Shown piece by piece: positions 43,801-52,048 of a stretch of 64,000 bases of DNA (its first letter is position 1; each line of letters starts with the position of its first letter). The DNA comes from an uncultured Acidobacteriota bacterium (GTDB lineage: Bacteria; Acidobacteriota; UBA6911; RPQK01; JAPXNP01), in the NCBI GenBank assembly GCA_963777605.1, contig CAVZRV010000027.1, positions 128,001 to 192,000 of the forward strand, written 5' to 3'. Made by a program: the position numbers and the translations under genes. The notes below the pieces were generated by a model. It did no database searches and was not told the origin of the DNA. It worked only from the letters and a program-made list of their open reading frames with translations.

Positions 43801-44521
43801 AACCGGGGACCTCGAGAAGTTCAAAGCATTCGCGAACCAGGACCGTGTCGCCTGCGAGCAGGCCGGCCTGCGCTGGATTTCGGAGTCCTTCACCTGGTTG
43901 GGTTTGCAGCGTTTCTGGCTGGGTGACTGGGAGGGGGCGGGAGACCTTTTCCGGGAAGCCGTCGATCGTGAACCTGAAGACTTCAGTGGAGGCTTCGATT
44001 CAGCTCACATGCTGACCTGGCTGGCCTACACCAGGTCAGAATCCGGGCTGGAACAACACATGGACTCGGCGAGAGCCGTCCTCGACGAGGGGAAGCCGGC
44101 CACGGTGGGACACTGGTCACTACTCCTGGCTCTGGTCGAGGCTGCCGCGCTCCAGGGTCAGTTCGAAGTCGCCGCCGACTGCTACTCCATGGTCTGCCAA
44201 CTGCTTGAAACCGGCACACTGGTTCGCTTCAACGGGTCGGGACTGGTCGAGACCGTCGCCGGGGTGGCCTCCACTTGCGCCGGGGACTGGGACCAATCGG
44301 AGCGGCACTTCAAGCGGGCGATCGAGCAGGCCGACACGCTCCCCCATCGAATCGAACAGGTGGAAGCCCGTCGCTGGAACGCCTGGGCCTGGGGCATCCG
44401 AAGTTCACCCGATTCCGCGGCGCGCACTTCGGCTCTCGTGAAACAGGCGATGGAACGGGCCCAGCCTCTGGGCCTGCAACGGCACCTCTCCCGCGTCCTG
44501 GAACAGATCGCGGTCCACTGA
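40853..44521 (+). CDS. Hanks-type Ser/Thr kinase fused to a P-loop (STAND/AAA_16-like) ATPase and a TPR-like helical region
   Basis: IGSGGMAVVY, VALK, HRDIKPEN, DFGLAK, YMSPEQ; Walker A GEPGIGKS; Walker B IEDLHWAD; GTPLYVEEL; FWHELIR. Confidence 0.92.
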   Translation: MTGRKIAHYEILEEIGSGGMAVVYKAQDLRLGRVVALKVLNERFRRDLPSLRRFRREAQLTSTLSHPGICTIFDIEHSDENTFLVMEYLNGATLRQRLHSGPVSSDEALSILDQVLDALSEAHEHGVVHRDIKPENVFLLPDGRVKVLDFGLAKPTVEGGANADQTYLTTPGTVAGTIAYMSPEQVRGDPIEAASDIYSVGLVAYEMMTGVLPTRRRTTALTFSAILAEAPPPPSAVNHKSPAAFDRIILKTLRKNPLLRYRSASEMLVELRESVNRSSPLMPSRSIPSIESSSSDVAAVSKTGIQEPDRLRNSAPGLPVRPIGREPECLQIQSLMEKARAGTGNVLLIDGEPGIGKSHLLDFALAEAETRGCAVLSGRCSELQAAPPFFPFVEMIENVARAADPDTLPQLLGEGAPELAKLTPRLRQLIPGIPPPMDLPPGQDRYLIFSSLLDFLARAAGDRTLVVGIEDLHWADEATTNFLQFLSRHLRGRPVLLVGTLRQQGFDPSAPLAEAYRVLVRDRLVTRMSLRPLSRDSVGTMLARLSCVPPPPRVIDSVFEVTEGTPLYVEELYYDLLADHRALDEDGNWKHSLEIGEFRVPEGIRVILNRRQTRLSDPALKILQLGAVMGRRFSLGAIAACTEFPRAKVLEAMEEGERLQQIRSSSDSGDLQFAFWHELIRRTLLESVSHTRRLQLHLKLADYLQSNPQAEGDGCAQIAHHLVGAGALADPDRTRQVLVEAADAALRKTAFEDAIRFCGQALKCGKPTAGQQGEILYRKGLAQTGLNDWRAARESWLLALDLLSDQGSKETAGRICATLASQAIWTGRLDECYSISSRGLAIVEEEPSPIRSRLLAWAGHALSQGGNLQQGSALTDQAVAMARSVDDIRTFGHVMTHRSCEYFYSMRGREEVETGFEAIERLADVPWDRAEALAIVQIGLLGCGRLDDCRRIGQEAIRLATRIGHLGGLWMTQRMQGLCDLLETGDLEKFKAFANQDRVACEQAGLRWISESFTWLGLQRFWLGDWEGAGDLFREAVDREPEDFSGGFDSAHMLTWLAYTRSESGLEQHMDSARAVLDEGKPATVGHWSLLLALVEAAALQGQFEVAADCYSMVCQLLETGTLVRFNGSGLVETVAGVASTCAGDWDQSERHFKRAIEQADTLPHRIEQVEARRWNAWAWGIRSSPDSAARTSALVKQAMERAQPLGLQRHLSRVLEQIAVH

Positions 44522-44553
44522 GGGCACGGCTGGCTCTTCCCGCGACGCGCTGC

Positions 44554-45294
44554 TCAATTCTCCGGAAGTGCCTCACCGTCCACGTACCAACTCAGGCTCG
44601 GGCCGATGACGCCCAGGATCGGGAGGTCGATGACTTCCGTATTCCCGACCGACGTGGCTACTCTTGACAGGATTGCCCGCTTTCCAGATCCAGTTACGAG
44701 GGCTCCAAGTGCCCGGGCCCGGAGCAACGCAGGGAAGGTAAGCGTCATCCTCGGCCTCGGTTCGGCGACCATGTCCCCGTCGTTGAACAGGACCAACCGA
44801 CTGGTTTCTGCGAGTGCGGGAGAGTGGGGAAAGAGGGAAGCGGTGTGCCCATCGCCACCCATCCCCAGGAGAGCGAAGTCCAGGACTCCGTCGGTCAGCC
44901 CGACCAGGGTCGATTCGTAAACCGACGCTCCCTCCCGATCCAGTACCGGCATGGGATTCAACTGACTGCGGGAAAAACCAAGCGGGCCAGTCAATGTGGA
45001 CTCGATCATCCGCCAGTTCGAATGCTCATCGGAGTGCGGGACGGCCCGCTCGTCGACCTGCCAGATATGCACCTTGTCCCAGGGAAATTGGCTCCGCAAC
45101 TCGCCGGTCACCAGGCTTTCGAACAGGATCCGCGGCGTGCTGCCGCCGCTCAGTGCCAGATCGAAACGGCCCCGTGCGGCGATCGCTTCGTTTGCCCGCT
45201 CGAACAGGTCTGAGCAGAGACGGCCTATCAACCGGTCCACCTCCTGCTCCCGGACGACCTGGGCTCCGTGCTGTTGCAGTCCTTCAATCGACAA
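44554..45294 (-). CDS. pgl: 6-phosphogluconolactonase
   Basis: ALSGGSTP, DERAVP..SN, LGMGGDGHTASLFP, RMTLT; directly downstream of zwf. Confidence 0.95.
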   Translation of the reverse strand: MSIEGLQQHGAQVVREQEVDRLIGRLCSDLFERANEAIAARGRFDLALSGGSTPRILFESLVTGELRSQFPWDKVHIWQVDERAVPHSDEHSNWRMIESTLTGPLGFSRSQLNPMPVLDREGASVYESTLVGLTDGVLDFALLGMGGDGHTASLFPHSPALAETSRLVLFNDGDMVAEPRPRMTLTFPALLRARALGALVTGSGKRAILSRVATSVGNTEVIDLPILGVIGPSLSWYVDGEALPEN

Positions 45295-45303
45295 TCGTCC
45301 CTC

Positions 45304-46860
45304 CTATTCGCTGATCATCTTGGATCGGGACACGGCGCCTTCCGGGTTGCGCCACGTGCCGTGGCCCGCGAGCAGGCGATCGGACTCCTCCGGACCCCAC
45401 GAACCGGACTCGTAATTGGGGAAATCCGACTCCGTCTGAGCCCAGTCGTCCAGGACCGGTGCCACGATTCTCCAGGCCGCCTCAATTTCGAACCGGTCCT
45501 TGAAAAGTGCCTGGTCGCCGCTCATCGCGTCCAACAGAAGTGTGGCATAGGCGTCCGGTGCCTCTCCGCCAAACTGCTGGGCATAGTCGAAGTCCATAAT
45601 TGCCGACCGCAGGTGCAGTCCCTGACCGGGGACCTTGCCTTCGAACCGGAGACTGATTCCCTCGTCCGGCTGAACGTTGACAATGAGGCGATTGGGGGGA
45701 CGACTGGTCAACCGCCCGCTGTCGTCGGCAAAGATCGGGTGAGGAGCGGGCTTGAAGTGGATGACCATTTGAGTGAGTTTCCGGCGCATCCGCTTCCCTG
45801 TACGCAGAAAGAAGGGCACGCTCTGCCAGCGCCAGTTGTTGATGAACAGCTTCAGGGCTGCGAAAGTCTCGGTCCGTGATTCCGGGTCCACGCCCGACTC
45901 TTCCCGGTAGGCGGGCTGGGTCCCGTCAGGAACCGTCCCCCTCCCGTACTGTCCCCGGACGGCGAACTCCCGAATCGAGTCCGGCGGTATCGGCGCCACC
46001 GCCGCGAGGACCTTGCGTTGCTCGCTGCGCAGGTCGGTGGCCGCATAGCTGTTCGGCGGTTCCATGGCCAGGACCGCCATTAGCTGCAGGAGGTGGCTCT
46101 GGATCATGTCCCGAAGCGCCCCGGTGCCTTCATAATATCCGCCCCGATCTTCCAGTCCGACGGTTTCCGCGGCAGTGATCTGGACGTGGTCGATGTACTG
46201 ACGGTTCCAGAGCGGCTCCCAAATGGAGTTCGCAAACCGGAACACCAACAGATTCTGAACCGTTTCCTTCCCCAGGTAGTGATCGATGCGGTAGGTGTCT
46301 TCTTCTTCGAAGACCCTTCCCAGAACCCGGTTGAGATGGGCTGCCGATTCCAGGTCAAACCCGAACGGCTTTTCGATCACCACTCTCTGCCAGGGGGCTT
46401 CGTCTCGCTTCAGGCTGCACCAGCGCCGTCCCTCGGTGACCAGTCCCGAGTCCCCGATATTGCTCAGGATGGGCTCGTAAAGCTGTGGCGCAACGGACAG
46501 ATAAAAGAGCAGGTTGTCTCCGATCTCCGTTTCCCGGCGAATCACCTCGAGACGATCGACCAGGCCGGCGAACCCTTCCGCCTCGGTTGCGTCCCCACTC
46601 TGGTAGTGGAGGCGCCGTTCAAAATGCTCCCAGGTTTCCTCGGTGAACCCCGGGCCGTCCTTGCACCAGGCTTTCGCACGGTCCCTGAACTCGCCGTCGG
46701 ACATCGGGGTCCTCGAGACACCCAGTACGGCGAGTTTCGGGGGAAGTTCTCTGGTCCGGCAAAGATCGTAAAGTGCCGGAACCAGTTTTCGATTGGAGAG
46801 GTCACCTGAGGCGCCGAATATCACCAGGATGCAATCGTCGGGCTTTTCCTTCACACGCAT
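45304..46860 (-). CDS. zwf: Glucose-6-phosphate 1-dehydrogenase
   Basis: GASGDL, EKPFG, RIDHYLGKETVQN, RDMIQSHLLQ, LRTGK. Confidence 0.98.
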   Translation of the reverse strand: MRVKEKPDDCILVIFGASGDLSNRKLVPALYDLCRTRELPPKLAVLGVSRTPMSDGEFRDRAKAWCKDGPGFTEETWEHFERRLHYQSGDATEAEGFAGLVDRLEVIRRETEIGDNLLFYLSVAPQLYEPILSNIGDSGLVTEGRRWCSLKRDEAPWQRVVIEKPFGFDLESAAHLNRVLGRVFEEEDTYRIDHYLGKETVQNLLVFRFANSIWEPLWNRQYIDHVQITAAETVGLEDRGGYYEGTGALRDMIQSHLLQLMAVLAMEPPNSYAATDLRSEQRKVLAAVAPIPPDSIREFAVRGQYGRGTVPDGTQPAYREESGVDPESRTETFAALKLFINNWRWQSVPFFLRTGKRMRRKLTQMVIHFKPAPHPIFADDSGRLTSRPPNRLIVNVQPDEGISLRFEGKVPGQGLHLRSAIMDFDYAQQFGGEAPDAYATLLLDAMSGDQALFKDRFEIEAAWRIVAPVLDDWAQTESDFPNYESGSWGPEESDRLLAGHGTWRNPEGAVSRSKMISE

Positions 46861-47039
46861 CTAACCATGATATGGCCTGAGGGTCGCATCTGAAAGTTCA
46901 TTTGATTGCTCCCAGCCGGGACCTCGGCTACCATTCCGGTGACAAAACCTTTCCGGCACCGCAAAGGGACGGGCAGCGTGCTTCGGCTCGTTTCGCTGCC
47001 GGGCCCGGATCGAAGCCCGTATTGATGAGGGGAGACAGA

Positions 47040-49085
47040 ATGGCAGAGAGTCGATTCAAACCGTACGTTCCAGCTGATTCGGACATGAGGGAGTTCACGC
47101 TCAGAGCGCTTCTTATCGGGCTCGTCATGTGCGTAATCCTGGGTGCCGCCAATGCATACCTGGGCCTTAAGGCAGGAATGACGATTGCCGCCACTTACCC
47201 GGCTGCCGTCATCGGCATGGCAGTCCTCAGACTGGTCCGTGGCAGCATCCTCGAAGAGAATTTCGCCCGGACCGTCGGCTCGATCGGCGAGTCGATCGCA
47301 GCCGGAGCAATCTTCACGCTGCCGGCGTTTTTCATTGCCGGGATCTGGCCGGATTTCGGAACGACCGGACACTACTTCGAATCCTCTGCAATCATGGTCG
47401 CCGGAGGCGTTCTCGGCATCATGTTCGTCGCTCTCCTGCGCCGGGTGATGGTCGAGGACGCGGAACTTCCCTTCCCCGAGTCGGTTGCGGCCTCGGAAAT
47501 TCACAAGGCAGGCCGGGCAGGCGGCACCGGAGCCAAGTACCTTTTTGGAGCGATGGGTTTCGGAGCGCTGGTCCAGGCTCTCGGGCAGTTCCGGTTCTTC
47601 AAGACGAACTGGGAACACTTCGTCTCGTTCGCCAAGACCAAGATCGGTCTCGGATCGAGCGGGTCGGTGACAGCCCAGAGCGGACTGGTCCTCAGTTCCC
47701 CGGGCGTGAGTCCGGCCTACATCGGGGTCGGCTACATCATCGGGCCGAAACTCGCGTCGTTGAACTTCAGCGGCGGACTCCTGGCCTGGGGACTCTTCGT
47801 CCCGATCCTCACTTACCTGGTCGGTCCGAGCATCATTCCCTCGAGTGCCGAGGCCACTGATGCCAACTGGATCGGGCTGGCCAACAACGTCTGGCTCCTG
47901 ATTGTCCGGCCGATCGCCATCGGGGGGATGCTCGTCAGTGCGGCCTACACCCTGTTCGGGATGCGCAAGAGCCTGCTCACCGGCCTGGCCCGCTCGGTTG
48001 CGGACGTCAAGAAGGCGACCACCGGGGAAGGCGCAGCAACGCTTCGAACCGAGCAGGACCTCAAGCTGCCCTGGATCGGAATCGGGATCGGCGCTGCGTC
48101 GATCGCCACATTTCTGATTTACCTTCACTTCTCGCATAGCCTCTTCGCAGCTCTCGTTGCCACCGTCACCATGGTCATCGCCGGATTTTTCTTCGCGGCA
48201 GTCTCAGGCTACCTGGTCGGCGTCATCGGATCGAGCAACAACCCGATCAGCGGCCTGACCCTCTCGACTCTGCTGATCGCCGCGGTACTCATGGTCCTCC
48301 TCGGAATGAAGGGCGCCACCGGTGTCGCGGCCGTTTTGGGTGTCGCGGCAGTAGTCTGCGTCTCTTCGGCAGTTGCCGGTGAAATGCTCCAGGACCTCAA
48401 GGCGGGGCACATTCTCGGAGGTACTCCCTGGAAGATGCAGATCGGAGACCTCATCGGCGTTGCGGTTGCGGCAACCGCCATGTTCATCCCCCTGGTCATC
48501 CTCCACGAAGGAGACATCAAGGCCGGACTGATGGCGACCCCGCCCTACCAGGGAGGATTCGGTGGCCCGGAACTTCCCGCCCCTCAGGCAAGCCTGATGG
48601 CGCTCCTGGCGCAGGGTATCGTAGGGGGGCAGATGGCCTGGCCGCTGATCATCGTGGGAATGTTTCTGGGACTCGGGTTCATCCTGAGTCAGGTCCCGAG
48701 CCCCATGCTGGTCTGCGTCGGAATGTATCTTCCTCTCGAAACGACATTCGCCATTTTTGTCGGAGGGATCATCAAGGGCATCACGGAACGGGTCAGCGCA
48801 AAAAGGGCGCACAACAACGCTCAGAAGGCCCGAGTTGAAAACACCGGAGTTCTCATCGCAGCCGGCCTGATCGCCGGCGAGGCCCTGATCGGGCTCCTGT
48901 TCGCGGGTCTCGCCTTCTTCGAGATCAATTACGGCGACTTTTTCCCCGGCATGATTTCGGCGCTGCCGTTGCCATTCGGAGTCAGCCTGGTGATCTTCGC
49001 CGCCCTGGGTTGGATCCTGGTGAAATACCCGATCGCGAACGCCGGCAAGCCGGACGATCCTGCCCCGCCGAGCGGATTGATCTGA
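47040..49085 (+). CDS. OPT-family oligopeptide transporter
   Basis: ANAYLGLKAG, LPFPESVA, GSSNNPISG, QDLKAG..LGGTP, LPAPQA, GLIAGEAL. Confidence 0.95.
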   Translation: MAESRFKPYVPADSDMREFTLRALLIGLVMCVILGAANAYLGLKAGMTIAATYPAAVIGMAVLRLVRGSILEENFARTVGSIGESIAAGAIFTLPAFFIAGIWPDFGTTGHYFESSAIMVAGGVLGIMFVALLRRVMVEDAELPFPESVAASEIHKAGRAGGTGAKYLFGAMGFGALVQALGQFRFFKTNWEHFVSFAKTKIGLGSSGSVTAQSGLVLSSPGVSPAYIGVGYIIGPKLASLNFSGGLLAWGLFVPILTYLVGPSIIPSSAEATDANWIGLANNVWLLIVRPIAIGGMLVSAAYTLFGMRKSLLTGLARSVADVKKATTGEGAATLRTEQDLKLPWIGIGIGAASIATFLIYLHFSHSLFAALVATVTMVIAGFFFAAVSGYLVGVIGSSNNPISGLTLSTLLIAAVLMVLLGMKGATGVAAVLGVAAVVCVSSAVAGEMLQDLKAGHILGGTPWKMQIGDLIGVAVAATAMFIPLVILHEGDIKAGLMATPPYQGGFGGPELPAPQASLMALLAQGIVGGQMAWPLIIVGMFLGLGFILSQVPSPMLVCVGMYLPLETTFAIFVGGIIKGITERVSAKRAHNNAQKARVENTGVLIAAGLIAGEALIGLLFAGLAFFEINYGDFFPGMISALPLPFGVSLVIFAALGWILVKYPIANAGKPDDPAPPSGLI

Positions 49086-49101
49086 GGCTCGACCGGCCAA
49101 G

Positions 49102-49461
49102 ATGGGATCATCGAATTCCGAGAACCTCGACTTAATGGATCGGGTCCCGGTTCCCCTCGTGGAATGGGAAACGGGGCCCGAGGACGGGGTCATTCTGTGC
49201 ATCCCAAAGTTCCGCCAGCGCCACCTGGCGAAATGGTTCCTGCCGTTGCTCGCCAAACCCGCCCTCCGCGTTCACCTGGACCGCAATGGGAGCACGGTCT
49301 GGAAGCTGATGGACGGCTCGAACTCCGTCGAGGAGATCTGCCACAGAGTCTGTAACGAGTACGGCGGAGACGAAGCCGACTGGGCGAACCGCGTCATCCG
49401 GTTCATTCTTCGGCTCGAGAAGGAGCGCTTCATATCGCTCAAGTCCCCCGACAAAAAGTAG
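49102..49461 (+). CDS. PqqD-family (RRE-fold) small protein
   Basis: LDRNGSTVWKLMDGSNSVEEIC followed by the helix RVIRFILRLEKERFI is the typical PqqD pattern. Confidence 0.8.
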   Translation: MGSSNSENLDLMDRVPVPLVEWETGPEDGVILCIPKFRQRHLAKWFLPLLAKPALRVHLDRNGSTVWKLMDGSNSVEEICHRVCNEYGGDEADWANRVIRFILRLEKERFISLKSPDKK

Positions 49462-49743
49462 CACCGGTTAGCTCGCCATCAGAGCCAATCCCCGAGACAG
49501 AAGAGGACGAGGCCGTCCAGCAAGGGGCCTGTGCCTTTTTGGCCTCCGTCTCACTGGTCCCAGAGGTCCCATCCAGGCCCCCCACAAGAGAACCGGGCCC
49601 TCCCCGGTCGCACTGCCATCTGCAGTTTAGGTTTTGCGAGCCGGCCCGGTTTGGGGCAGAATGCTAGATAGGCGGAAACCACTAAGTGCCGCCCAAACAT
49701 TCAGTGAAACGGACAATATTCTCAGCTCCAGCAAGGAGGAATA

Positions 49744-51198
49744 ATGAGTGACGCAGTAAAGGGACTGGAACCTCAACTGGTTTGGAAGTATTTCGCCCAG
49801 ATCGCGAAGATCCCTCGGTGTTCCAAGAACGAGGAAGAAATGACCCGGTACGTTCTGGAGACCGCCCGGACCCTCGGACTCGATGCTGAGTCCGACCGGT
49901 TCGGCAATGTCGTGGTTCGAAAATCCGCCTCGAAAGGACGTGAGCAAGTAAAGGGCGTGGTTCTCCAGGGACACCTGGACATGGTTTGCGAAAAGAATCG
50001 CGACAAGAAGCACGACTTCTCGAAGGATGCGATCCAGCTGGTTCGAAAAGACAACATTCTCTCGGCGAACGGAACCACGCTCGGCGCCGACAACGGTATC
50101 GCGGTCGCCACCAACCTGGCCATCATGGAAGACCGTTCCCTCGAGCACGGGCCGCTGGAGTTCCTTTTCACCGTTGACGAAGAGACGGGGCTGACGGGAG
50201 CCAGCAACCTGGGCAGTGATTTCCTCCGTTACCGAACGCTCATCAACCTCGATTCCGAGGAGGAAGGTGCGCTCTACGTAGGATGCGCAGGAGGTCGGGA
50301 TACCGTCGGAACCTGGAAAGTGGCTTTCGAGACTGCGCCTGCCGGCTCATCAGACGTGCTGGTGCGGGTCTTCGGGCTGCGCGGCGGCCATTCAGGCCTC
50401 GACATCAACGCGAACCGGGGCAATGCCATCAAGCTGCTCAACCGGGTGCTTCTGGCACTCGACGGGATGGGCGCTCGCATCTCAGCAATCGAAGCCGGGA
50501 GCAAGCGCAACGCCATTCCGCGAGAAGCCGAGGTCCGGGTTGCGATTCCCCCGGATCAGGTTGAAGCGGCGCGAAAGTGTGTCGCGGAAATGGAGAACAC
50601 CTTCAAGTCAGAGCTGGGGAAATCGGACCCCCAGGTCCGATGCGATTTCGAACCCCAGGATGGCGGAGGAACGACCACGATCGATTCCGGACTCCAGACG
50701 ACCTTGCTTCGCATCATCTCCGCGCTGCCGCACGGAGTGATCAAGATGAGTGCCGACATTCCCGGTCTGGTGGAGACCTCGACCAACGTGGCGGTCGTGA
50801 GGCTCGAGGGCAGCATCCTCAAGATCGAGACAAGCCAGCGAAGTTCCGTCGCCTCCGAAATCAGTGAAATCTGCCAGGCTGTCGAGTCGCTGTTCCTTCT
50901 TGCAGGAGCCAAAGTTGCAAAACCGGACGGCTACCCGGGGTGGAAGCCCGACCTGGACTCGAAGATCCTCAAGATCGCAGTCGATACGTTCCAGGCTCTG
51001 TACGGGAAAGAGCCCGAAGTGAAAGCCATCCACGCCGGACTCGAGTGCGGCATTATCGGTGAGAAATACCCCGGAATCGACATGGTCTCCATGGGGCCGA
51101 CGCTGGAAGCCGTCCACTCTCCCGAGGAGAAAATCTATATCGACTCCGTTGGCCGGTTCTGGGATTATCTGCTGGCCATCCTGGGGAATGTGAAATAG
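49744..51198 (+). CDS. pepD: Aminoacyl-histidine dipeptidase (M20 family)
   Basis: LQGHLDMVCEK, TTLGADNGI, TVDEETG, NLDSEE, GGHSG, YPGWKP, IHAGLECG, HSPEE. Confidence 0.95.
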   Translation: MSDAVKGLEPQLVWKYFAQIAKIPRCSKNEEEMTRYVLETARTLGLDAESDRFGNVVVRKSASKGREQVKGVVLQGHLDMVCEKNRDKKHDFSKDAIQLVRKDNILSANGTTLGADNGIAVATNLAIMEDRSLEHGPLEFLFTVDEETGLTGASNLGSDFLRYRTLINLDSEEEGALYVGCAGGRDTVGTWKVAFETAPAGSSDVLVRVFGLRGGHSGLDINANRGNAIKLLNRVLLALDGMGARISAIEAGSKRNAIPREAEVRVAIPPDQVEAARKCVAEMENTFKSELGKSDPQVRCDFEPQDGGGTTTIDSGLQTTLLRIISALPHGVIKMSADIPGLVETSTNVAVVRLEGSILKIETSQRSSVASEISEICQAVESLFLLAGAKVAKPDGYPGWKPDLDSKILKIAVDTFQALYGKEPEVKAIHAGLECGIIGEKYPGIDMVSMGPTLEAVHSPEEKIYIDSVGRFWDYLLAILGNVK

Positions 51199-51292
51199 GC
51201 CAAGATGCTGGGGCAACTCCACCGCAGGGCCAGACAGTCTCCCGCGGTGGAGGCCTCCGTCCGAGGAGACTTCGACCGAGGGGGAGCGCCGG

Positions 51293-51676
51293 ATGACCGG
51301 GCGAATGGGCGAGAAACTGGGGTGGATCGGAGGCTGGCTGGGAGCGTTCTCCTGGGTCGCCGGTTTCGGCATCTGGTCCTTCCTGATTGGTGACAACTAC
51401 GCGGGAGGCACTTCGCTGGCCCTCTACGCAATGTCGGGGTACCTGGTCTGGCGGGTTTCACCCTGGCATCACGAGCAGACTTTCTACTGGAAGCTGATGC
51501 TCCCACTCTACGGCTTTTTCTTCGTTGCGATCTATCTCACCCTGCGCACCGCTGGCTGGCTCGGTTCGTCCCTGGAGCGCTGGCCGGCCTTCTTCGGCGT
51601 GGGAGCCCTTTTCATTCCCCTCTTCCTCGTCGGCGGCCGACGCTGGTCGGACGGGCCTCCCCCTTCGGACGAGTGA
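51293..51676 (+). CDS. Small membrane protein of unknown function
   Basis: Four hydrophobic segments; GEKLGWIGGWLG, PW..TFYWKLMLPLY. Confidence 0.65.
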   Translation: MTGRMGEKLGWIGGWLGAFSWVAGFGIWSFLIGDNYAGGTSLALYAMSGYLVWRVSPWHHEQTFYWKLMLPLYGFFFVAIYLTLRTAGWLGSSLERWPAFFGVGALFIPLFLVGGRRWSDGPPPSDE

Positions 51677-52048
51677 AATCGGTCGAACCGCTCGGACCTG
51701 TCAGGCCGGTTCGACAGTTCCGGGGTGTGTTACCGAAATCACCCCCGGAGCCAAATCTGGCACGTCTCTCCGTACCCAGTCCGCCAGCGGACGCACGAAG
51801 CCCCCGGGCAAAGCCTCCGGCGGGGGCCAAACCCCTATCCCCATCTACAAATAACGAACGTGCGGGCAAAAGTGCGTGGAGGCGGCGAGAAAAAAGTGAA
51901 AAAGGCGCAGTTTTAAGGGAGATGAATCGAAAGGACTGGATCGGGATGGGATGCGGAGACAATGCGGGGAGAGAAAGCTCTCCGTCCGGGTTTGGGCAAC
52001 GTACCCTCCGGTTCGCCATCCTGCGCCATTCAGGCTAAGATCGGGGCA

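Noticed and set aside
49461-49744. Possible RiPP precursor next to the PqqD-like gene
   Set aside because: No convincing small ORF with an RBS, and no maturase in the window.
51780-51835. GCAAAGCCTCCGG (and CACAGGGCAAACC near 19630) resembling parts of a c-di-GMP-I riboswitch
   Set aside because: Each site has only one fragment; the GNRA-capped stem and the remaining conserved elements are missing.
51673-52038. 121-aa and 135-aa ORFs between the membrane protein and the GH2 gene
   Set aside because: Low-complexity Pro/Arg composition, overlapping each other, no motif; probably intergenic.
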